The notes: generated by a model not told the origin, from the sequence alone. Shown: positions 1 through 16,867, counted from the first letter of the stretch. The stretch: DNA of 64,000 bases from Eledone cirrhosa (GCA_964016885.1 OZ024745.1:58156001-58220000); one strand, 5' to 3'. Program-made: numbers and translations.

Positions 1-1891
<1,891 letters not shown>

Positions 1892-1898
1892 ATATATT

Positions 1899-1970
<72 letters not shown>

Positions 1971-2504
1971 TTAATCTACCGGAGTAAACGGTAGTGTCGG
2001 ATCCGTATAGAGAACTCAATGCAATCCGAGTGTGGAGAGATCATAAACAATTCATGTAGTTAATTAATGATGCAAAACAATAGGAAAACAAAGTCAAAAT
2101 AAGACGTTGAAAAACAATGAAAAATTAAAGAAACAACATGTTATTCATATTAATATTGATTTATGCATCTTCATAAAAAAAAATATATCTGCATATACAT
2201 ATATATATATACATATACACATATATACATACACATACATATATACTATATTTTACAAATTGTACTGAGATAAATGCAAACCTACCTCCTTCAGTCCTCT
2301 ATCATCAGTGTAGAATGAGAAAACAGTAAAACAATTGTGGAAAAGGATGGTATGGTGGTTACAGTAGAGAAAGATAATTAGGTCAGACCAATGGACAGCA
2401 AATTTAAAAGATAATTAGGTCAGACCAATGGACAGCAAATTTAAGTACAATAGATTAATATGAAGAACATGTTATTTGTTTAATTTTTCATTGTTTTTCA
2501 ATGT

Positions 2505-2595
<91 letters not shown>

Positions 2596-2597
<2 letters not shown>

Positions 2598-2683
2598 GTA
2601 GTAAATAAAGAGTTATTCCCCTTCCTTCCTGGACATACATACAAACAAACAAACAAACATACATTCATTTTTATATATATAGA

Positions 2684-2684
<1 letters not shown>
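2596..2684 (-). mobile_element. Helitron-type 5' terminus fragment
   Basis: Minus strand ATCTATATATATAAAAATGAATGTATGTTTGTTTGTTTG starts with TC and matches 1561-1605. Confidence 0.55.
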
Positions 2685-2772
<88 letters not shown>

Positions 2773-2940
2773 CTAAGGCGGGTAAAATTCCCGAGATCCA
2801 TGGACGAGTTCTCTCCAGCGGTCTCTGTCCCTCATTATCGCTGCCATGTCCTGCGTCTCCAACAGACCAGTGTCTGTCCTTAGGGCATCAACATACGTTA
2901 ACCTTGGTCTTCCTCTTCTAGTGTGTCCATGTAGGGGCAT
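2773..2940 (-). mobile_element. RTE-clade LINE 3' end, 5'-truncated
   Basis: Translation [24 protein letters not shown]...[11 protein letters not shown] is the typical RTE ORF C-terminus; flanked by (TA)n. Confidence 0.8.
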
Positions 2941-2961
2941 ATATATATGTATGTGTATATG

Positions 2962-3004
<43 letters not shown>

Positions 3005-3020
3005 CTGTGTGTGTGTGTGT

Positions 3021-3103
<83 letters not shown>

Positions 3104-4355
3104 CAAAAGGAAAGAGAAATACGATATAAATATATACGAGACGGTGAAATGGGGTGAAACGGTATGTCTTTGTATAGACAAAATTTAATATACATATATA
3201 TCTCACTATATGAATCATTTTAATGGGTTATGTATACTTTTATGACAACAATTATTCAAAGCTTAGAAAAAACTGCATTCTTTAGTAACAACTGTTATTG
3301 TGGAGAACAGATAAACTGTGGTGTAGAATCTCGATCTAGTTCACCATAATATCTATAATTTTTATAGGATTAATTTTAGGTACAAAGACGTAGACGATTT
3401 AGTTGAAAAATCGACTTTTCAATTAAATTATCTATGTAGTTTATATATATATATATATAATGGACAGTTCTATCCATATTATTGACTATTTTCAATGTAT
3501 TTGCCATGATATACAAACAATAAGTTATTTATGGATGAAATCTAAATAATAAATACAATAGTCATACGGGAAATGTACTTTTGTCCATCTATTTATACGG
3601 ATAACTTTACAAAGACACAGTCTAAGTAAATAATGAATGTGATAGGATCTATACAGACAGCATTCAAAAACACCTCTGATATTTTGCTTATTATCTCAAT
3701 GAATTACCTTTATATTCAAATAAAGAATACAACAGATATATTCTATACGAGTAACATTAAAAGGAACCGTGCGGTAGCTTTTACTATTTCAAGACTGTAT
3801 TAATGGACAGAGAAAGAATTTCTGTTTTGCTTGAATTATTTTGTTGTGGCGTAACTTAGCAAAACGCGAGTAAGTATAGAACGAATGTCTTGGTGTAATT
3901 ATAGGCAAAACAAAGAGTACTTCAAATATGTTAATGCATTACAAAATCCGAAGGTTACGAAAACATTATATTTGTCCGTTCCCTTGATTCTTATATTTGC
4001 TTTGTATTGCCTCGGGACACAAATACAAGATAGTGTAGGACAGAACAAAGGAAAGACACAAAATAAAAACCCAGACATTGAGGAGGTCACAAAATGTGTG
4101 CCGAAAGAGCTTTGACAATATGTACACAACAATCCGGTTATCGAACCAATCAACCAATTTATAATAAATTGAAGTGAAAACCAAAAGGTGCGTGTGTTTT
4201 TATTGGTAGCATGCCCCCCCCCCCCTCCCCCTCCAAAGTATAGCAGTACCTGCTTCAACACACGTTTTCAGATAAGAAATCTTGCAAAGCAAATTCAAAA
4301 ACGAAGTATTAATATATATATATATACATACATACATATATATATATGTATATGT

Positions 4356-4474
<119 letters not shown>

Positions 4475-4800
4475 AGAGATGTGATTATCCCGAGTTCAAT
4501 CGGGGGTAACCACAGTAAGTAAGGCACTAAATACATAGCAGAGTATAAATATGTAATATAGAAATGGCTTCTATGGGACTAGAACTGTTTCATTCTAAGG
4601 AAATCATCAGGAAACCTTATGCTATTAAAGGTGTTCTGGAATAAACAAGTTTTGCTCTTAACTACAACCAGTTAAATCTATCAATGTTTCAATGCAACAA
4701 GGAAACTTTAAGAATGTAATAGCTTCAACGCTATTAACCTTTAATTTCTTGTAAAAATAATTAAACTAAAGTTATATTTAAATCATTATTTCAACAAATT

Positions 4801-5002
4801 CTACTTTAGGCACAAGGCCAGCAATTACCCAGTGCATTACTGGTACTTTATTTTATCGACCCCGTAAGGATGAAAGGCAAAGTCAACCTCGGAGTTCAAA
4901 TCCCGCCAAGGTTGACTTTGCCTTTCATCCTTACGGGGTCGATAAAATAAAGTACCAGTAATGCACTGGGTAATTGCTGGCCTTGTGCCTAAAGTAGAAA
5001 CA
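4801..5002. mobile_element. Head-to-head inverted pair of SINE 3' halves with 16-bp target-site duplication
   Basis: 4801-4892 is the reverse complement of 4906-4997 (1 mismatch); ATTATTTCAACAAATT occurs at 4785-4800 and 5003-5018. Confidence 0.85.
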
Positions 5003-5050
5003 ATTATTTCAACAAATTATTTTCCTCTAACACAATAAATACATTATACT

Positions 5051-5123
<73 letters not shown>

Positions 5124-5283
5124 CTAGACACACACTCACACACACACACGCTCACACACACACGCATATATATATATATATACACATAAATATAAATATA
5201 CACATATACATATATGTGCACATAGAATCACACACATAAATATATATATATACACACGTATATATATATATATTCTGTATATA

Positions 5284-5319
<36 letters not shown>

Positions 5320-5324
5320 GGAAA

Positions 5325-5753
5325 AAATGAAACGAAATTTTATTTCTCTCTCTTAGTACGGCTGTTACTTAAATATAAGTATGTATACGTACATACATAT
5401 ATGTATACAGACGTACACTAGTATGTATATATATATATATACATGCATGCACACATATATATATATGTACGTATGGATTCACCGAACATTTATTATAATG
5501 CTCGGTGTGTTTGTAAACAAACATCCCGAATTAATCCGTACAGTGTCTAGCAACCATCGTTGCTCTTTTGTTCAACACTGACAAAGGAACGCTGTACTAG
5601 TTTCAAGCTTATTAGCTATCGTCAGCAACGTATACCCTCCTGCCAGATGATTGAATCCATACATACATATATGTATATGTGTGTGCATGTATGTATATAT
5701 ATATACATACTACTGTACGTCTGTATACATATATGTATGTACGTATACATACT

Positions 5754-5760
<7 letters not shown>
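5325..5760 (-). mobile_element. Family B PLE-like tail with partial inverted duplication
   Basis: Homologous to 15600-15820 and 60750-61795; 5372-5480 is inverted at 5651-5760; contains an HHR. Confidence 0.75.
5590..5630 (-). ncRNA. Minimal type-I hammerhead ribozyme (family B)
   Basis: Minus strand: CGTTG CTGACGA T AGCT AATA AGCT T GAAA CTAG TA CAGCG; intact core, stem I CGTTG/CAGCG, palindromic stem III ACTAGT. Confidence 0.85.
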
Positions 5761-5827
<67 letters not shown>

Positions 5828-5910
5828 TGTATATACTGTATATATATATATATATATATGCGTGTGTGTATATGTGCGAGTGTATATTTAGATATAGCTG
5901 TGGTGGTGGT

Positions 5911-5951
<41 letters not shown>

Positions 5952-6652
5952 CAATGGTATGAAGCTGTGATGTTACACTGCAGATCTTACAAATATGTTG
6001 GTCGATACTTCGTAAAATCATTTTAGGAGCTTCAACGGTATCATTAATAACATTAAAGTTATCAGAAGTATAGACGTATCTTCACCCTTGACACAACCAT
6101 CTGGAATTCATCACCTTTTGGGGGGAAGGATGTGTAAAATTTGGGCGAGTAATGGTTTCCTAAATTTATCTATTACAAGAAACTGTCGCAATTCATTTAC
6201 AATTTCACCCTTAAATACTTATATCAAATACAAAGAAATAACACATGAAAATGTCTGAGAAATTCTAGTGTTTAAAATGTTTGGACAATCATTGGTATTC
6301 CTGTAGTGAGCAAATATACAAATAAACACACCGTGTGTGTGAGTTTGTGTGTTTTTTGAAGAATATGATACTATATGTACATATACTATTTATATATTAT
6401 TTTAGATGGATATTTACATAAATAGACAGATCTGAGAGAGAATGAGGGAGAGACAGGCTGAAGGGGAGTGAGTGAGGAAGAGTGAGAGGGAGAGAGAGAA
6501 AGGGGGGGAGAGTTTGTTATAGTTAACTCTTTGTAGCGTTTCTATTACTAAGGGATTGCAGTGTAATCGTGAAGAAACCAATGTCTTAGATGAAAGAAAT
6601 GTGAATGTTGCCGAATGCATCTCTATTTCATCGTATATGATATTATCTTAAT

Positions 6653-6750
6653 AATTGTTTCTACTTTTGGCACGAGGCCAGCAATAACTCAGTACATTAC
6701 TGGTACTTTATTTTATCGACCCCGTAAGGATGAAAGGCAAAGTTAACCTC
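6653..6750 (-). mobile_element. SINE 3' half
   Basis: Reverse complement of TTTGCCTTTCATCCTTACGGGGTCGATAAAATAAAGTACCAG...AAAGTAGAAACAATTAT. Confidence 0.85.
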
Positions 6751-9700
6751 TAAATACTCACATAAATTAGGAAAATAAATACATGCTCCGTCAGTTTCGA
6801 CGTTGTATATTCCAGTTGTTTATATCATCCACTCAACTACCTACTCATTATATAATAGCGTAAGTGACTGTGTATTCTACAGACTTGTATGCAAATTATC
6901 TAATCCTTGAACAGTACTTGTGTGGCGCAGTGTGACACTGTTAGCGCTTTGAATTGGCAATACAGGCCATATCTACCAGACGGGCTTCCACACAGTTTCC
7001 GTGAACTCAATTTTGCGTCGACCGGAGAATTTGTTAAAATACATGCCCACGGTGCCATGCTGAGAGATGACATGCAGTATTCCTTCATTGGAAAGTAAAC
7101 CTTTAAGCCATTCAACATGACTACATCCGTTTACACACATATGTACAAACATTTATATAACCTAGCATGAACATGTTGTTGTTTAATCAGTCTCCACCTT
7201 GAGCAAGCGGACCTTTGGTCAAAAGCATGCGTTCTTAATTAGATCCATCTTTTTAAGTAGTGAGTAGAGTTTAGTTATTTAATGTATCCTTTTTATATTT
7301 AAGACGGCAGTGTTTGAGTGATTTGATTAAGATATTGCCGCAATTACTAGCAAGCTGAACGACAACGGAGATCTTTCTTTCTTTGCTTATAGGCTACCTT
7401 TTATTTTCTCATTAATGTTTTACAAGATATTCTTATGTTTAGTTAAAAATTCGTTGTCATCATGTCTTTAGGAATGTTCCTTTGACCTTCGATCAGTTCA
7501 AACACTACTTTTAAGATTGGTCTCAATATGACAAATCGTATGAGTATGGAGGTAATCTAAGTCGATTAAACTCGACCATAGATTATATAACTTCAAAATT
7601 GTTAATGGAATCAGGATTTTAAAATTGTCCCAAAGGTTCTAGACATCTCGTATAGATACATAATGGTTATTTTTTCCATATATTATTTGACATCACCCCC
7701 CCCCCCTTATTTTAGCAGATAAAAATCATAGAAAATGTTTTTATTAGATGGGCTATCGGCTATGGGCTATAACTTGAACGTCATGAAACAGGCCACACAT
7801 CTAAGATAAAATACTTCACGCAATACTACTCTAACGGGGAGATACATTCTGTCTACTCATTTTACCGTTACTATAAGGGCTTATTTTGTGCACTTTATGA
7901 TAATGGCTTTTCATCTAATCTACTGTCTCTTTTCCAATATTCAAGATAAATCAATTCCATTTGCGAATCATAGTGACCAATGGGCGGAAGTGTTTAGATA
8001 CAATTTCTGAAGTACTAATTTTTTCAGTAGCTGTAGTGACCATAGCACTGAAAAACATTGAATCATTCAGTAATTCAAAATTATTGCTTCTCTTGCTTAC
8101 TATTCTCGATCTATTTATGAATTGAGGGTCCTAGACGTTGAGAATTAACTACACTGGGGAAACAGAGCCACATCAGTTAAAAGATGTAAGCTTCTGATAT
8201 ATACCCTGGTCAATAATTATACCATCGTCTGTGTGTTCATTCCGGTATCTTCACCACCTATTCTACCCAAGACAGCTGTCATTTTGACTGAATATAATAA
8301 ACTATATTAACTTTTCACAGATATTCTGAGGACCCTGTCCTTCCTCTAAATGTAATTATTGTTACAGATGTCATTAACATCTTTCTCTACCGCCAAAGAC
8401 GACGTCTATCTGACAAGAAAGTTTCTCTTTCTATTATATTTCCATTTCTGAAATTATTTCTTCAACTTCAGAACATTGTCATAGACATAACATCAGAACG
8501 TATGAGATCCAATTTTCGAAAAATGTCTTTCCCTTTCAAAGTTGCTTAAATTATTTTCTTGCTTTTAATTTAATGTGGTATTACGTTTTGTTTTTCCTCT
8601 TTTAAACAAGATAATAAAAATTTTATTGCACAGAACTCATAAAACGCTGAAATATCACTTAGAAGTGGAGCTAGATTATTGCATATTCTATATTCAACAC
8701 CATGTATATTTGATTTACTTTCCAATTTTCCGATTTTTCTGTCAGTAACTAATATTAGTTATTGCGTATAAAGAACGCAACCATCCTTAAATATCATGAA
8801 ACATAATCTGACAAACATACTTCAAAGCTGAATACTTTGTTTTTGTCAGTTTTGAATACATTGATGTCTAGGCTGGATTGATTGCTATGTTAGGTATCTG
8901 CTTTCGATATTAATATCACTATGATGGCAATAATATGAGTGTGGTTATGTTACGACAGTGAGTACACAAAAGCAGCTTCTCTATTAGAACAATATCCTTT
9001 TTAGTATTGTATTTATGCTAGGACTGTGACTATGATAGGATGGTATGTAATACTTCGAATGAGGCTAGTGCTAGGATAAACCTGACAGCAGGATGGATAA
9101 ATTGTGAAATTATTTGAATGGTGGATAGTTGATAGAGTAGGGTGACAAAAGATAAAGTTACCACGTAAAACATAAAGAAACAAAACGGACGATTTCTAGT
9201 TAAGAGATAATGATTTTAGTAAGTTGTTGGAGTGTACATTTATATTCTCAAAACATCTATGATGAAATTATGGCTATGACAGATTATTAACTTAATTGTG
9301 AATACGTGATAATGATAATAGTTGATTGTGTCTTAATAAGCAGCTGATTATTAATTACTATAATTGATTAACCTTGAAGTCATATCTTATACACTTGGTT
9401 GAATCTGAATTCAAACATGGTTAAACAGATAGCCACTTGCTTTTCAGAACGCACATCTGATGTAACCGTGGTCAAGTAATTTCTAGCCGTAGCTAACCAG
9501 TCTTTGAGACATAAGGGAATTTCCCTCTTATTTAAAATGGTAGCCGGTTCTATTCAGGGCTGCTAGGACCAATGTATCTGGCAAATCGAAACAGCGCGTA
9601 GGATTTCTCTTGTTAGTTGTTAGTTGTTAGTTCGTGTTTTGACACATACTTACACTTAGGTTATCTTAACCAAAAACATTTTATAAATCTTAACTGTAAA

Positions 9701-10419
9701 ACGTGTAACGACGTTGACAGGATATTAATCTCTTGGTTAATTTTCCAGTTACCTTATTGACTTAGCCATCGCAATTATATATGATGGGATGTGTCAGAGA
9801 ATGTAGAAGGCAAAGTTGACCTCGAAGTGATTCCACATCGGCACACAGAGTATTGAAACAAACACTGCAATGTAATTTACCTTACGCCTAGATGGCTCAG
9901 ACAATTTACAAAAGGATGCTCCTGGCCACGCAAGCTTACAATCACTATGATAATCGTAGGATTACAATACCTAATGGATCGTTGTTATCTATATCTTTAA
10001 GACGACAAGATATGACTTGAAGTTTTAGTTGCCATTTCTATTAGACCACATCACAAAAAGGAAGCTTCTTCGTTGGTTCCTTTGGGAGTCAGATTCAACG
10101 ACGAACTTATTAATACAAACCCTACATTCATATTATCATAGCATATGGTAACAAAGTAGTTTTTCTACATGCTGCAGTGGTGTAAAATTTAGTTGACGTC
10201 ACTCGAGAATTGTTTGATCTGATAGTACTGACATGGTAAGTTTACTGTCACCATACTATACACGTAGTACCGCTATATTTAATTTAGTATGATAATGAGT
10301 AGTATAGCGATGGAGATATAGTTATATACCTCCCCGTATACCACTCATTGTTTTTTCTATGTCTCTCTCTCTCACTCTCTCTCTCACTCTCTCTCACTCA
10401 CTGTCTCTCTCTCTCCCTC

Positions 10420-10460
<41 letters not shown>

Positions 10461-10646
10461 CTCCATATATATAATTACAATACGCACCACACAGCGACGC
10501 ACAAACACACTTTTCAAACATACATCTCACAAAAATACATTGTACATATATACATACACACACTCACACACATACATACACATACACACAAATATATATA
10601 TATATGCATATACGTGTATATATATATATATGTATGTATATATACT

Positions 10647-10678
<32 letters not shown>

Positions 10679-10683
10679 TATAC

Positions 10684-10730
<47 letters not shown>

Positions 10731-10771
10731 CACATATATATATACATATATATATACATATATATATATAT

Positions 10772-10816
<45 letters not shown>

Positions 10817-13307
10817 AACACGTCATATTGTTTGTTTTCTTACAAGCTTATTCCAATGCGATTACAATCCATTAATGAGGAAAAGAACGGAAGAAAAGCA
10901 GAAATTCTTTGTTTCCCTCCACCCGACATATTGGCGACTAATCAGTGAAAGTGAGATACGGCACCAAGAATATTTTAGCTTCATATTCTTCTTTCTGTTT
11001 TTTTTTTTTTCATTTCGATTAGTACTAATCAGTTCGTGTAACTTACTGAAATTTAGCTCCGTGGATAATTTTCTTTGCCTAGCATTTTCTTTTGTTTTCT
11101 TATTAATATTCTTGTTTTTTTTTTTAAGAATTTCTAAAGAATTACTAATATTTGATGGATTGGTAGAATTTTCAGTCGTTTAACAAAAGGATTTGCAGAA
11201 TTTAGTTACGGTTCTTTATGTTCTGACTTCAAATCCTACCAAAGTCATCTTTGCCGGTCATCCTTCAGAGATGGATAGTATACTAGTAAAATAATGGTTT
11301 CAACATGAACTACTACCTGTAAAAACAAAAATCTTTTTATTTACTTCTCTTTACTCGGCATTTCATTGTTCTTCTGCCAATATTGGGAATGCAAGAACCA
11401 ACTTGTTTCCTACAGATTTCTAGACCCTTTCCTTTTCAGAAGCTGCTACACCTCTTCACCGCCAAAGAAATACTGGAGATGACGCAGCCTCAGGAATTGT
11501 CTGGGCATCTTCAGCTATGGCCTGCCTAATCAGGAGAGAAATGGATCACATGACCAACAGAATTTGTCCCTTTCAGGAAATGCAAAAATTTAGGGACTCG
11601 AATCTTATCAGACGTGAACTTGAGCAAAGCATGGCGGTCAGCCGATAGTAAATAACGGAGGTGGTGTAAGCATCCGTCACTCCTACCCGGTATTTCAGCG
11701 TTAGCTGCCGCTCGGCCCATTTCTTGATAATCGTAGCCACTCTATTCGTCACCTTACCCCAGTTATTGTATACCTGGGGAGCTGGAGCAAATCAAACCAC
11801 GAGTAATTTATTCGGTCAGTTAGTCTAGTGACCAACTTGGGACGACAAAATAAAGTCCCAATCAAGTACTAAAGTCGATATAATTGGTTTTTTCCCTCCA
11901 TATATTGTCGGCCTTGGGCCTAAAGGAGAAGTTATTTTTATTAATATTGATGCAATTTTAACTTTCCTGGAAGCCGTTACTATGTAGGTGTCTTCATGTT
12001 AAAGATATTTTAAGACAAGATCAGACAATATATTGTTAGTAATTATATCATTACCTCTACAAGAAAAACATTAATATATTAGCAGATGCAAGGGCGTTAG
12101 ATTAGCAGAAATATTTAAGTGTTAGACAAATTGCCTTGGGATGTTTCGGTACCTCCTCTTACGTTGAAAGTCATGAACGAACTGATATCGAATTTACCTG
12201 AAAACATTCCTGTGTTGATAAAATAAAGTATCAGTCAAGTACTGAGTTCGATCTAATTGACTATACCTTCCTCAACATTTTTAGTCTTTGAATGTATGTT
12301 AAAATTCAATATTTCCTCAAATATTTCAGTATTCATGTCAGATTTGTGCTTTTGCTTTCAACCAATGTTGGAGTCGATAAAAGAATGAAATACCAAGATT
12401 CTTGCAACCATACTATTTCATCATGTCAAATTGGTCTTTGTACCAATGTAAGAAATCAGTATATAAACTCAATCATTGGGTACTCCAAAACATTTGATGT
12501 CTAATTACAAATCATCCTCCCCGTTTTACATCTAATCGTAGACTCAATTCAACAATTCAAACAGCATATCAACCGTCTTCTGCCTTACTCTAATACCAAG
12601 AACTTTACTTCAGACTCACTTTGAACAATTTCTTGCATCGCTGAAACATCGTCTTCCTTATTATGCCAGACATTTATCAAATTTAAGTATGTTACTTCAA
12701 AGGAAATGGGTAGGAATGAATGTATAATATCAGGTTGCAGTGCGTGACTGACAGTATATGAAAGACGAAAAAATCTTTCTGAACGAATGAAGATGCAATA
12801 TTTTCAGGAGAGAATTCAACAGCTTATCCGTCAATCCTTTTCTCAAATAATTTCTGTTAGCTTTATTTCTGCTACACTTCCCACATTAACTTTCGAAATA
12901 GATTTGATTCTGGCAAAACTAAAGATAAAAGAAAGTAGTCTGTGCATGCAGATTAGCTGTTCCAAGAATAGACTCTAAGATATATCATTTGAATCACTTT
13001 TATTTAGAAGATTGTGTTGATTAATTCTGTAAAAGGGTAGAACCTGTGAACTGTGCGTTAATGTTAGTATAGATTTGTTTTCGTGAATACGTATTCAGAA
13101 ATTTATAAAGAGTGGTCAGGGTGTTATGGAGGTTAAATGAGAAATTCGATAGAGTTAAATAAAATGATGAGTATGGAGGGTGATATATGAATAAGATTTC
13201 TGAAGAAAAGAATATGAAAGAGCGAGAGAAATAGGAGGGGTGGATAGACACTTGTGAAAGAGTGAGTAAAAAGATGAAAATAGGTCGTATCACCGACAAA
13301 AATATAA

Positions 13308-13408
<101 letters not shown>

Positions 13409-13432
13409 CATATATATACATATATACATATA

Positions 13433-13463
<31 letters not shown>

Positions 13464-13499
13464 TTATTATTAAATATATATTATTATTATTACTATTAT

Positions 13500-13550
<51 letters not shown>

Positions 13551-13913
13551 CTCATTCAGAACCTTCAATAAAACTAGTATAAAAGTAATAATATTTTGAA
13601 GGATACAATCCAATAAATCTATTCTTAAAATCTCATTCACAGAAACATATTAATATATTTTTTCATTATAGCCAGTGTAAATTTTTTTCGGAGGCTGGGC
13701 AAAAAATTAATAATATAGCCAGGAAAGAAATTCAATCAGTAGCATCCTGTCCTATACTAAGCAATAGTATCTATCTATCCAGATATCAATATAACATTTT
13801 TTGTAACTACTAATCGATCTATTGACTGCATGTGCTTACTTTTTATCAACTCACTGTATCTCTCCGTCCCTTTGCCTCTCCTTCTTCTCCTCATTCTTGC
13901 CTTTTTACCTTCA

Positions 13914-14022
<109 letters not shown>

Positions 14023-14774
14023 TTCTTTGCCTGTCTCTTTCCCTCTATTTTCTATCTAACTATCTTATACTCACTTCTTCAGTTGACGTTAAAGATTATT
14101 ACAATTTATATTGTCTATACTGCCCAAACATTTTGATTTTAGAATTGTTTACATTCTATATCGTTTTTGATATGAACAGTCCAGAACGGGAGATTTCGTC
14201 TGGCGACTACTTCCAGAATCTAATTTGTTAGAGATTTATTAATTCACTATATTACATATTTGAGCTGTTTCACATATGTATTTACCTGAGGTAGTTACTC
14301 TCTGCCATATAGTCGATATTCGGAATCAGTGTTATTAAATTCTCTCTATTTCGATATCTATTGATCACTGTTAGTATCTCTACTTGAGTAGAATAGGATT
14401 TGCCTGGGGGATCGTTAAAAACTGAAACACAACCACTGCGTTTACCAGTTGGCTCTAAAGACCAGTTATATTCGACTCTAAGACGCTATTATATGCAGAT
14501 GATACAAAATCTTTTTTCTGCTAACCTGAATTAAACGAAAACAATGAACCCTAAAACCCGAATAAGACCTCAGATTCTATAGTGATATTAATTTAGGCTG
14601 TCATTCTATATTACTTCCGACAAATTTCCCTTGTGTAGGTATGAGAGTTTTCGAATGTGTCCTCCTTTATTTTTTTATTTTTTTCGAGTGAGACATTGCT
14701 ACTATTTTTAAAAGGTCAAACGACGACATAGAGGCTCCCTCGTTGGCTCATGTATCGTTGTTTATACTTTGCAG

Positions 14775-15185
14775 CATAGTTATAGCCCTTTACGTTCTGA
14801 GTTCTAATCCACCTAGGTTAACTTTGCCTTTGATCCTTACGGGGTCGATAAAATAAAGCACCAGTAATGCACCGGGGTAATTGCTGGCCATGTGCCAATA
14901 GTAGAAACATTATTTGCCTTTCATCCTTACGGGGTCGATAAAATAAAGTACCAGTAATGTACTGGTTAATTTGCTGGCCATGTGCCAAAAGTAGAAACAT
15001 TATTAGCCTTTCATCTTTACATGGTCGATAAAATAAAGTACCAGTAATGTACTGGGTGATTTGCTGGCCATGTGCTAAAAGTAGAAACATTATTTGCCTT
15101 TCATCCTTACATGGTCGATAAAATAAAGTACCAGTAATCTACTGGCTAATTGTTGGCCTTGTACCAAAAGTAGAAACAATTATTA
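14775..15185 (+). repeat. SINE followed by tandem array of its ~90-bp 3' unit (4 units)
   Basis: The unit TTGCCTTTCATCCTTAC..GTCGATAAAATAAAGTACCAG..AAGTAGAAACATTAT starts near 14825, 14914, 15004 and 15094. Confidence 0.9.
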
Positions 15186-15537
15186 TTACTATTTGCTTGA
15201 TTTCGCTTGCTGATACCGAGTGAAAGTGAAATATATTTGGTTGTCATAATATAATTTCATATTTCATGTGGAGTGATACTAAAATACATGATGAAGTGAC
15301 GTAAGTTGGCTTTCTGAGCTGTGTCTATATCTGTTGCACCCGAAACACGATAAAGTGTAAAGAATATGCAAATAAATGGTTCGTTTTACAGAAGTCGTTA
15401 CCATTACATAGTGTTTTAATGCTTAAACTAATCACACAGACTCACACACACACACATACACACAAACATACACACTTATATATGTATTCTTTTACCTGTT
15501 CCAGCCATCCGGCTGAGGCCATATATATATATATATA

Positions 15538-15599
<62 letters not shown>

Positions 15600-15606
<7 letters not shown>

Positions 15607-15820
15607 GGGCTGTTTGTTTGTTTACAAACAAACAAACCGAGTATTATAATAAATGTTCGGTAAACCGATACGTGCATATATATATGTGTGCATGTATGTA
15701 TATATATACATACTACTGTACGTCTGTATACATATGTGTATGTAGGTATACATACATACATACATACTTGCATTTAAGTAAGTGCCGTACTAAGAGTGAG
15801 AAATGAAATTTCGTTTCATT
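15600..15820 (+). repeat. Family B PLE-like tail, 3' part without HHR
   Basis: Reverse complement of 5325-5525 and 60750-60980 (TAAGTAAGTGCCGTACTAAGAGTGAGAAATGAAATTTCGTTTC). Confidence 0.75.
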
Positions 15821-15976
15821 CTATTCCATATATATATTTTTTTTTTTTTTTTTTTTTAATACTTTGGTAGGGTCATATTTGTGTAATAATATTGCCAGAA
15901 TTTATAACAGAACACACTCACTGTTGGTTGGTTTTCGCTTCTGTGTCTTTTATATCGGTTAATTTAATTTATTAAA

Positions 15977-16070
<94 letters not shown>

Positions 16071-16547
16071 AGAGAGAGAGAGAGAGAGAGAGGGGGAAGA
16101 GGGAGAGAGAGAAAGAGAGAGTGAGGGAGAGAGAGAGAAAGAAATGATATATATCAGAATACAGCGAGAGAAAGAAAGAGACGTGGACATGACGGTTCGT
16201 ATATGTGCGTATGCATTTATCCATGTATATATATATATGTGTGTGTGCGTGTGTGTGTGTGTTTGTGTTTGTGTGTGTGTGTGTGTGCGAGGGTCGGCTG
16301 AAAATTTCATAGACTTACAAATATGATCTCATCGAATGACCAGATGAGATTTATTTTTCAACATAATCCCGAGAAGTAAACTATGCAGTTGTTAATAGGG
16401 AGAGTTGAAATTAATACAAGCAAGCTTTCGCAGCTCTAGCTTCATTCTTTCGTTGTCAGCCTATTGAACAATTCATCTGACCATAGTACATAATTTCATT
16501 TAATTTAGGTAAAAATAACACCAAGGATAATAATTCAAACCATTTTG

Positions 16548-16732
16548 ATTGGCAGTATCGGTAGAGGGTCGGACGCCATGCTTTGCAAGCAAAGAGTTAC
16601 GGCCCTTTATCGTCTGAGTTCAAATCCCGCCGAGGTTAACTTTGCCTTTCATACTTACAGGGTCGATAAAATAAAGTACCAGTAATACACTGGAATAATT
16701 GCTGACCTTGTGCTAAAAGTAGAAACAATTAT
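16548..16732 (+). mobile_element. tRNA-derived SINE, near full length
   Basis: A-box-like TGGCAGTATCGGTAGAG, B-box GAGTTCAAATCC, central GCCTTTCATACTTACAGGGTCGATAAAAT domain (resembles the MetaSINE domain, from memory) and AT tail. Confidence 0.85.
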
Positions 16733-16867
16733 ATTAATTTCTACTCAGTTCAATCTTAACGAAATACTAGCGCAAAATTATGAATAATGATTTGCAGATT
16801 GATTAATTAATCAATCAAATCAATAAACATTGCAATCACATATCACAAAATCTCTTCAGGAAACTAA

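Noticed and set aside
2370-2444. 37-bp tandem duplication
   Set aside because: Ordinary local slippage with no functional signal.
4572-4616. Hammerhead-like CTGATGA TTTCCTTAGAAT GAAA on minus (related fragment at 36080)
   Set aside because: Core boxes are present but stems I and III cannot be paired convincingly.
14825-15185. CRISPR-like regular array
   Set aside because: The whole 90-bp unit repeats with no unique spacers, it is SINE sequence in eukaryotic DNA, and there are no cas genes.
16548-16630. tRNA gene (also 17995 and 48500-48580)
   Set aside because: A and B boxes are present but there is no closed cloverleaf; the sequence continues into a SINE body.
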